Assembly (NCBI GenBank): GCA_951406725.2
Contig: OX597831.1
Coordinates: 72,168,001-72,232,000, forward strand
DNA: 64,000 nt
DNA from: Octopus vulgaris
Taxonomy: Eukaryota
Reading direction: 5' to 3'
Shown: in pieces, positions 54,656-64,000 of the stretch
Layout of the letters: every line of letters starts with the position of its first letter
Position numbering within the stretch: the stretch's first letter is position 1
Program-made: the position numbers and the translations under genes
The notes under the pieces: generated by a model
Told to the model about the DNA's origin: nothing
Databases searched by the model: none
The model's input: only the letters and a program-made list of their open reading frames with translations

Positions 54656-56178
54656 ATAAGGATTATTTTTGCCAAATTAATATGAATGCTAAAGGGTTAA
54701 AATCCCTGCCGTTGTCAGCTGATTTAGACACAACAATGTTACAGAGACAAGTTTTTATATTAATACTTTCTCAATCTCATTTTGGAAGTCCCACTAAAAA
54801 GCTTGTTTCTCCTAGTTTATTCAGAGACAGTAATGCAACCTCAACCCCCCCCTCACCATCACTACTACCCTGAACTCATTGTCTTCTCATGCTTCATTAA
54901 AACACAGTAAACACAACCACATCAGCACTGTACCACCACTCCCAAACACCACTGTTTTTCTCACTGAGGCACACCACTGCACATAACTCCATAAAACTGA
55001 ATTCACTCTCTCTCTCTCTCTCTCAAGTATCAGTCAAATGTAGACACCAACACAGAATGATACCATTATACTACTGCTCTAAACTGACTGTTTCTCCCAT
55101 TCTGTACATCAATGGCTCTCAACCATATTTCACCCGTGGACCCTTTTGATTCCTGTTTTACTCAACCAGACCCCCATAGCCATTCGATGTTTTAAAAAAT
55201 CCCATTTATACTTTCATAATTAAATATTATTGGGAATTATATTTTGTGTATTGTACAAGTATAACAAATTTATTGCCCATAAACTTCAATGACAAAATGT
55301 TACATGGCCCTGTCAAGGGTCATATGAGGGCTGTTGCTGTACACTATCACTCTAAAGATTATTGCTGTTCCTCATTAATGCATCAAAATAGTTACAACAT
55401 TAATGGCCTCAAAAGTTGGAAATTCTGTGAGTGACTGGAGACTGCGAAATCCTGAGATACTGAATATAACTTGGCTGGTACAACATAAGGCAACCTTCTG
55501 TCAGTTCTAGTTATCACCCACCAAGTAAATAAAATAGGCTGTGTGGTAAGAAACTGGCTTCCCAGACACATAGTTCTGGGTTCACTCCTACTGCGTAGCA
55601 CCTTGCGTAAGTGTCTTCGATTACAGCCTTGGATTAAGCAAAGCCTTGTGAACGAATTTGGGAGAGCGAAACTGAAAGAAATCCATTGTATATATATGTG
55701 AGTGTATGTGTGTGTCTGTGTTTGCGTTTGTCTTCCACCACTGCTTGACAACTGGTGTTGGTGTGTTTATGTCCCTGTAACTTAGCGGTTTGGCAAAAGA
55801 GGACGATAAAATAAGTACCAGCTTAACAAAAAAATAAGTAAAAATTCTTAAAGGCAGTGCTCCAGTATGGCCTCAGTCTAATGACTGAAACAAGTAAAAG
55901 ATAAAAAATAGAAGATAAAAATCAAAAACCCACCCAAAACAAAAAGAGAAACATGCTCAGTTAACCATGCTGCACACTGAGTCAATGGGAAGCTTATATG
56001 CTGTTCCACAACCAGTTAGAAATAGTAGCAAACTTTTCCTCAAAATCAGACTGCTTTTTTTTGCCAAGGTAAAAGGTCAGTACTCTGATCCTTTTAATGG
56101 CCTCTGTGAGTGGTGGGTAGAAGATAGAAAGTTATCCACAGTCTGGCAACATGACCTGAAATACGCTTGCAATGGAAT

Positions 56179-56849
56179 GGATTCCATTAAAACTAGTGAT
56201 GCCAAGGGCCAAATGGTGATGTTAGACTTGGCACCAGATTATGACTAGCACCATTAAAACTAGTGGATTCCATTAAAACTAGTGATGTCAAGGGCCAAAT
56301 GGTGATGTTAGACTTGGCACCAGATTATGACTAGCACCATTAAAACTAGTGGATTCCATTAAAACTAGTGATGTCAAGGGCCAAGTGGTGATGTTAGACT
56401 TGGCACCAGATTATGACTAGCACCATTAAAACTAGTGGATTCCATTAAAACTAGTGATGTCAAGGGCCAAGTGGTGATGTTAGACTTGGCACCAGATTAT
56501 GACTAGCACCATTAAAACTAGTGGATTCCATTAAAACTAGTGATGTCAAGGGCCAAGTGGTGATGTTAGACTTGGCACCAGATTATGACTAGCACCATTA
56601 AAACTAGTGGATTCCATTAAAACTAGTGATGTCAAGGGCCAAGTGGTGATGTTAGACTTGGCACCAGATTATGACTAGCACCATTAAAACTAGTGGATTC
56701 CATTAAAACTAGTGATGTCAAGGGCCAAGTGGTGATGTTAGACTTGGCACCAGATTATGACTAGCACCATTAAAACTAGTGGATTCCATTAAAATTAGTG
56801 ATGTCAAGGGCCAAATGGTGATGTTAGACTTGGCACCAGATTATGACTA
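56179..56849. repeat. 86-bp minisatellite, ~7.8 near-identical units
   Basis: ggattcc starts at 56179, 56265, 56351, 56437, 56523, 56609, 56695, 56781. Confidence 0.97.
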
Positions 56850-57213
56850 CTACCAAAGAACAGGAATGGTCCTACTAATATGTTTCAACGTGGTTTCAGT
56901 CAAGTGGTATTTCATTCACTATGCTTTGGTCAAGCTTAGACTATGGTAGAAGATGCTTTTAGGGAGTACCATGCAATGCTATAGAACTCAAAACCACAAT
57001 GTCGTGACGTGAACTTCTTAACCATACAGTCACACCTGCATCTATAGCATGCAAGTGCAAGTATGTATATGCAGATGTTAGAGCATGTGTATGTAAGTAT
57101 ACATGTGTGCAGGTATATGTATGTGTGCATGTATGTATACAGAGGTGAGAGTGCATGTGTTCATATGTATATGTGCATCTGTGAGTATATCTATGTATGC
57201 ATGTGTGTGTGTG

Positions 57214-57274
<61 letters not shown>

Positions 57275-57956
57275 GAGAGGGTTTAAGAAATTGACACCAG
57301 CTTAGAAAAATCTCTCATAACACACAATTTTTATTATAAAATGAGTCAGAATTGAAGTAATAGTGTCCATACCGTTTGTGGAATATCCCACACATACATA
57401 CATGCATACACACACACAAACACACAAACAAACAAACAAACAAATTGCAGTTTCATAAAGAAACAACACAATAAAACTATATATTCCATGAGAAACTAAC
57501 ATCTTTCCCAAATCAATTCACAGACTTTGAAGAATCCTCACAACACCAATATAAACAGAAACTTATTTGGGAAAATTTATTACTTTACAAAATATTTCTT
57601 TTGAACAGAAATAAAAAAAATATTACAGCTTTTTAATGAGAAATTCTACCGGTAAAAATAATGTATATTTTCCTTTCTTTCTTTTATCAACAATACTTTA
57701 AAAAATGTCAGAAGCTAATTTTCAATAAAATGACTCAAATGGCAAGGACTGGCTTTGTTAAAACATGCTGGTGTGGACAGGAGGGAAGGAGGAAGAAAAG
57801 TAGGCATGAGAGGAAAGCTTTCAAAAGTCCTCTTTCTCTCTTAAATTCTTTTCATAGTCTCAACATAGAATTCCCAACAAGATTTGTCATTTATGTCAAT
57901 GAAATGACAGAATGTAATGCTGAAAAATTAAACAATTTGTCAATTTGAACAGGAGA

Positions 57957-58280
57957 CATCATCATCATCATCATTGTTCGACCATTGTCGAGACAATGGA
58001 ATTTACCATGCTACGCCAGGCTTCATGGTCCATCATAGCATTACGGAGGTTCCGTTGCTGAATGCCTGTATCCCTAGAGATTACATCAGGGTAGGAGAGT
58101 GTGCGCCCTCTGGTATTGTGAGCAGATGGCTTCCAGAGAAGAAGAGTAGAAATTACCTCTTGTTCAGCTCTACAACAATGTCCAGCAAACTGGACTCTTC
58201 TACCTTTCACAAGAGATGACACAGGTGGTAGTTTCCCATATATTTGCATTTTGGTTGGATGACACTTCCACGAGAGACAT
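57957..58280 (-). mobile_element. RTE-like LINE 3' end with (TGA)n tail
   Basis: YGKLPPVS..VKGRRVQFAGHC.R...LLLWKP...RGR..SYPDVISRDTG...AMMD..AWR. Confidence 0.85.
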
Positions 58281-58624
58281 CGTGCTCATAGCTAGCAGTT
58301 TTATGTCTTCATCTCTTCTCCTTCCTTAGCACACCATCATATTTTTGAGAGACAAGAATAAATATCTAGGTGAGATTTTTGTGCAATTGATGTATGTTCT
58401 AAATGGTCTTAAGTTAGGGGCTTGATGAAAAGAAACATAAAAACAGAAGAGATAGTTCACAGAGCATTTTCCTTTTCTTTAGGAAAGAAGGGTTGGGTAT
58501 ATGCTCATAAATCTTCTATCTTATACTTATTTTGGTCATTCAACTGCAGCCATGCTGGGGCATCGACTTGAAGGAATTTAACCAAACAAATTGATCCAAG
58601 TATTTTTAGATATATTTTAAAGAT

Positions 58625-59038
58625 AGTACCAGCGTCACTTTACTGGCACTCGAGTCCCGCGCTAGTAGGGTATTAAGAGCACCAGCCAAGCGTGATCGTT
58701 GCCAGAGCGGCTATCTGGCCTTCATGCCGGTGGCACATAAAAGACACCGTTCAAGCGTGATCGTTACCAGCATCGCCTGACTGGCACCCGTGCCGGTGGC
58801 ATGTGTAAAAGATTCGAGCGAGGTCGTTGCCAGTGCCGCCTGACTGGCCCCGTGCCAGTGGCACGTAAAAAGCACCCACTACACTCTTGGAGTGGTTGGC
58901 ATTAGGAAGGGCATCCAGCTGTAGAAACTCTGCCAGATCAAGACTGAAGCCTGGTGCAGCTATCTGGTTCACCAGACCTCAGTCAAAATCATCTAACCCA
59001 TGCTAGCATGGAAATCAGACGTTAAACGATGATGATGA
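58625..59038 (+). mobile_element. SINE family C nested in an older minus-strand SINE B (58530-59300)
   Basis: Family C body and tail flanked by two halves of family B; agtac appears at both junctions. Confidence 0.8.
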
Positions 59039-59129
59039 GTACTTATTCTGTCAGGCCTGTTTACCAAGTTACTAAGTTATGAACATGTAATCAAACCAAC
59101 ACCCGTTGTCAAGCAGTGGGGGGGGGGAA

Positions 59130-59165
<36 letters not shown>

Positions 59166-59402
59166 TGGCAGGCTTCTTTCAGATCCCTTCTACCAAATCC
59201 ACTCATAAGGATTTGGCCAGCCCTGGGCTATAATTGAAGATATTTGCTACCCAGGACCATACGGCTGAAAAGCAAACTTCTCACCACACAACCATGCCTG
59301 TGCCTATATATTTTACCCAACCTTTCTCCCGAATTGACTGAAACCCTCCTTCTAAGAATTTATCATCAATGCACACATCGCAGTGTGGTGAGACACATCA
59401 AA

Positions 59403-59520
59403 GTTTACAGCAATATCACTTTGAAAACACCGGTTCTTGTCTGATCACTGAAGTTAAGCAAAGTTGAGCCTAGTTAGTACTTAGATGGGTGGCCTCTTGG
59501 GAAGCCTAGGTGCTGTAAAC
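59403..59520 (+). pseudogene. 5S rRNA pseudogene (full length, dispersed)
   Basis: 118 nt with 5S landmarks aaacaccggttc, gatcac.gaagttaagca, gttagtactt.gatgggtg, tgggaa. Helix I gtttacagca/tgctgtaaac. CpG-type transitions, A8 tail, no T-run terminator. Confidence 0.88.
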
Positions 59521-59530
59521 GTAAAAAAAA

Positions 59531-59760
59531 GGCGGAGAGCTGACAGAATTGTTAGCACATTGGGTGAAATGCATTATTTCATCGTATTTCGTCTGCCACT
59601 ACGTTCTGAGTTCTAATTCCGCTGAGGTCGACTTTGCTTTTCATCCTTTCAGGGTCGATTAAATAAGTACCAGTTACGCACTGGGGTCGATGTAATCAAC
59701 TTAATCTGTTTGTCTGTCCTCTCTGTGTTTAGCCCCTTGTGGGTAGTAAAGAAATAGGTA
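59531..59760 (+). mobile_element. SINE family A directly after the 5S copy
   Basis: Family A head and tail, CpG-decayed. Confidence 0.88.
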
Positions 59761-62321
59761 TTTTGGGTGCTGAAGTTGAATGTAAGAACGGGGCACTGAG
59801 TCAGGTGATATAGAATCAGCACTTAACAAATCTGAGTTGCAAAGACCACTGGAGTAGTTATATATTATAGAAATGACAGAAGATATGGTAAACTGTCAGG
59901 CCACGGTTGTAGCAGCAGTGGAAAAAAACAGGACAGAGAGCACACAGTTGGATTGTGTGTCTGTATTTCACTTGACCTGGAAATATGGACATGGTAAACC
60001 GTTTTGATTAAGGAACAAAGTATTTTTGAGTGTGTACAGCATTTCAATGATTAAGATGATTGATATAAATTATATACAACATTTACAAGCAATAATCTAG
60101 GATATAATAAAAAGAGCACAGCCACTTCTATTGCAACCATTTATCTGTGTAGCCACCATACTCCCAATTTGTGCAGAGATAATGCAACTGAATATAGCAT
60201 GGAAAACAAGTATATTTGGGAACAATTCAAATGATTTGCTTAAAAATTGCGAAGGTTGTTCTCTGCACTGCATCTCTGAAACCAGAAACTGGAATGAATG
60301 TTGCAAGACATTCTGCAAATTCATCAACTTAATGTTCTATTTATCATCATCATCATTTAACATCCATGTTCTGTGCTAGCATGGGTTGGATAGTTTGATA
60401 GGATCTGAGGGGTCTAAGGACCGCATCATGCTCCAGTGTCTGCTTTGGCAGGGTTTCTAAAGCTGGATGCCCTTCCTAATGCCAACCACTTTACAGAGTG
60501 CAGGGGGGGGGGTGCGTTTTTGTACTGCCAGCACAAGTGAAGTCCCCATACAGCTCATGAGACTACAAAAGTCATGGAGGATGGGGAGGAGGACAGAAAG
60601 GCGATGAGGAGGGTATAGAGTATAGAGGAGCTATTTGGTTACTCACCTTTAGGAGAAAGAGCATGAATATCAGTCTCCTGAGAGTAGATGAATAGGGGAC
60701 AGTTGGACTAGGGTGGTGCAATTTGAAGGAGTATATAGGGGAAATAGGAGATGGGAAAGAGGTAGGCCTTAACGATTTATCATTAATAAAAAGACTTAAC
60801 TGGAGATTTAAGGTCTGTTAAGACCCTGCAGTGGTTGGTGAAAAAGCTCTTTGCTTTGCCTTTCAAAATTTCTCTCAGAAACTTTTAAATTTACATGCAT
60901 TACTAAGTCAGTGAACAAGATGTAATAATAGAATAAGAAATGAGAATTCATGGACAACTTCTAAGATATGATTTTCTAATATCCTTTATGGTTCAGGACT
61001 TGGTGCTGCTTTTGAGCATATTTTTCTTTTGACATTCTGGGACTAAAGTGTTGTGTTCATCAAATTTATCAGCTCAGTGTAAAAACTTTAATGTTTATTT
61101 CCAGTATTCTTGGACTCTGTCTAGCAAACCTATAAATGTATTATGTAGAATAACAGAAATTAAATAACAGAAAAATTAATAAATAAAAGCTAGTGCAGAC
61201 ATATAACCTTGCTTCACTTCATCTTTTACTTCAGAAGAAGGCAGAGTTGAACTCTCGATATTTATGTAAGGGTTATAAGGCAATGAGCTGGCAGAACTGT
61301 TAGTAAAATGCTCAGTGGCTTTTCGTTTGTCTTTACATTCTGAGTTCAAATTCCACTGAGGTTGATTTTGCTTTTCATCCTTTCAGGGTCAATAAAATAA
61401 GTACCTTTTGAGTACCGGGGGTCAATGTAATCGACTAACCCTTTATTCCCAAAATTGCTGGCCTTGTGCCAAAATTTGAAATCAATATTTCTGCAAGGGT
61501 TTATGAAGAAGTTTTAGTAAAACAAAACCACCATGTCTTGCACAGAAACAAGTTCATCACCTTTAATTGTTGCTTAGACCCATGCTATCCCCACCAATTC
61601 AAACCAATGATTAAAGATGATCCAACCATGACCATCCTGTCTTTTTACAACTATAAGACAACCTTATCCAATGTATCCTCTCTCTGTAAGACAATACAGT
61701 GTAATTTGAAGAGAGAATTAACCATTATTCTTGTAGTTTAAGCAACTGTTATGAGTTTCCTTCATAGGTTTGTCCTTTGATAGTTTCTAGACTGCATATA
61801 GAATTTCTTCAGTACTAGGAATGGAATCCAAGTGAATTTAAGGAGAAACGGTAGGAAAACAGAACAGGGTTATGAGGGAACTGGATTGTTTTTCGTTAAA
61901 TAATGTTTTACCCATGTACTGAACTTTTTATGAGTGATAGGTTAACCATATGTGTGTGTGTGTGTGTGTAATGAAAAGAAAAATATTGTCATTAAATTTT
62001 TTAAGGTGGACATTTATATAATGTACAAAGTAAAGTATTTCACAAACAACAACAGAATTGCATTTTTACAATGAGAGAATTGCTTGTCATATCAGAAAAG
62101 AATGAATCACAAAGAGGGAGAGAGAGAGAAAGAGAGAGAATCACAGAGAGAGACCATCAGCATGAGAAACAATATTTAAGCTAATGTTAACATATTGAAA
62201 GCATGGAACATTAAAAAAAGCTAACCAGATACAATCATGTAGGGAGGAAATAACTATTCAGTGAGGAAATAATTATGCCATGACTAATATTTTAATTCTC
62301 TTGCTAAGTGCATGAGACAAG

Positions 62322-62545
62322 TCACCATTTATAACCATCTATAACTAAAGATTGGTAAAATTTTGTCTGATTAAACTTTACTGTTTTGGTCTTATGACCA
62401 TCCTCAACAAAAATGATTTTGCTCGACCTTATATATGCACATGACATTTCGGTGAGGAGTTGCATATATTTATGTGGTGGAGATAGTGAAGTTTAATCCG
62501 ACAAAATTTTACCAATCTTTAGTTATAGATGGTTATAAATGGTGA
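62322..62545. repeat. Foldback with ~60-bp inverted arms
   Basis: tcaccatttataaccatctataactaaagattggtaaaattttgtc is mirrored exactly at 62500-62545. Confidence 0.92.
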
Positions 62546-62666
62546 GTATAGTAAGATTTTAAGTCATAGGTAATTAGCTGTACCTGATAGTCAGGTGTGA
62601 GCAGATGGTGGATGGCATGAGCTGATTGGCATAAGGAACTTCTCCTTGCCCAAGGGAGAAATCCTA

Positions 62667-63072
62667 TACTCTTTTACTTGTTTCAGTCATTTGACTGCGG
62701 CCATGCTGGAGCACCGACTTTAGTCGAGCAAATCGACCCCAGGACTTATTCTTTGTAAGCCCAGTACTTATTCTATCGGTCTCTTTTGCTGAACTGCTAA
62801 GTGACGGGGACATAAACACACCAGCATCGGTTGTCAAGCAATACTAGAGGGACAAACACAGACACACAAACATATACATACACACATATATATATATATA
62901 CATATATACGACAGGCTTCTTTCAGTTTCCGTCTACCAAATCCACTCACAAGGCTTTGGTCGGCCCGGGGCTATAGTAGAAGACACTTGCCCAAGGTGCC
63001 ACGCAGTGGGACTGAACCCAGAACCATGTGGCTGGTTAGCAAGCTACTTACCACACAGCCACTCCTGCACCT
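62667..63072 (-). mobile_element. SINE family B, full length
   Basis: Complete family B body. Confidence 0.92.
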
Positions 63073-63143
63073 ATGTTGATTTTTTTGTAAAAATTGCAAA
63101 ACCTAGTGGATTTGGTAGGAAGGAAACTTAAAACACGTGTATG

Positions 63144-63186
<43 letters not shown>

Positions 63187-64000
63187 CTATGTATCTTTGT
63201 CTTAATATCATGTGTATGTGTCCTGGAAAGGTTTAAGAAATTGATACCAGTTTAAAAGAATCTCTATCACCCAATTTTTATTGTAGAATGTGTCAGAATT
63301 GAGAAAATGGTGTCCATAGCTTGATATTACGTGATGGTTGTAAATGAGCACTGCCTTCATACAAACAGTAGTCTGGCCATAGAGAAATATTACTTTGCCT
63401 GGAAACAGATTAGGGTTGGTAACAAGAAGGGCATCTAGTCATAGAAAAATCTGCCTCAACAAATTCCATCTGACCCATGCCAGCATGGAAAAGTGTGCAT
63501 TAAATGATGGCGATCCAAGTGCTTTTATTCTCTTCCATTACTTTTATGTACATCAAGGACACTTTGTGTACACTATATCTACCTATACATAAATCATATG
63601 TATTAAATACTGATTAACTAAAATGCTTCATGAAATATCTGAAATGGGACCTACATTTCACATCTTTCTTAGGCCTTTTACCAGCTTTTCACTGGTCTGC
63701 AAATAGTCAACAGTTACCTAAAGCTAAACATAATAGCATGTGTATATCTAAGTCTCAAAATAGCTATACAAAATCCTTGCATTGCATAAGAGTTAACTAA
63801 AAGAGGTAGCAAAGGGAAGATCATCCTTTGAAAATATTCCTTTCTAATATAGATCGGCACAAGACTTGGAATTTTTGGGAGAAAGGGCTTATTAATTATA
63901 TCAACTTTAGTGCTTGACTAGTACTTTATTGTTCTGGAGCCCATAAGACTTACTATTACTCTGACAGGCATAAATGGCCTTAAACATTTATTGTTATTGT

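Noticed and set aside
56179-56849. CRISPR-like array
   Set aside because: Units are near-identical with no unique spacers, no cas genes, and the context is eukaryotic.

Overview
AT-rich, repeat-dense animal genomic DNA, not prokaryotic. The tRNA-SINE families, long (TA)n tracts and cephalopod-like 5S copy suggest an octopus (inference). Only one host gene is firmly recognisable: the 5' end of mitochondrial methionyl-tRNA formyltransferase (MTFMT) on the minus strand, with coding exons 9599-9846 and 7225-7282; the rest probably lies left of the window. The remainder is mostly four SINE families, LINE fragments (RTE, CR1/L2, Dong/R4, a CCHC ORF1), several Penelope-like fragments, mariner and DD37D-type transposon relics, non-autonomous Helitrons, hAT-like MITEs, a Gypsy integrase/LTR remnant, a 5S rRNA pseudogene, an 86-bp minisatellite and microsatellites. 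Most long ORFs in the track are microsatellite artefacts. The most interesting unannotated signal is about a dozen minimal type I hammerhead-ribozyme motifs, several tied to foldback palindromes or (TA)n tracts. Two of them lie in direct repeats 496 nt apart (39061-39763), the layout expected of a retrozyme-like element that could release a circular RNA. Coordinates were read by eye, repeat boundaries are approximate, and no searches or folding were run.
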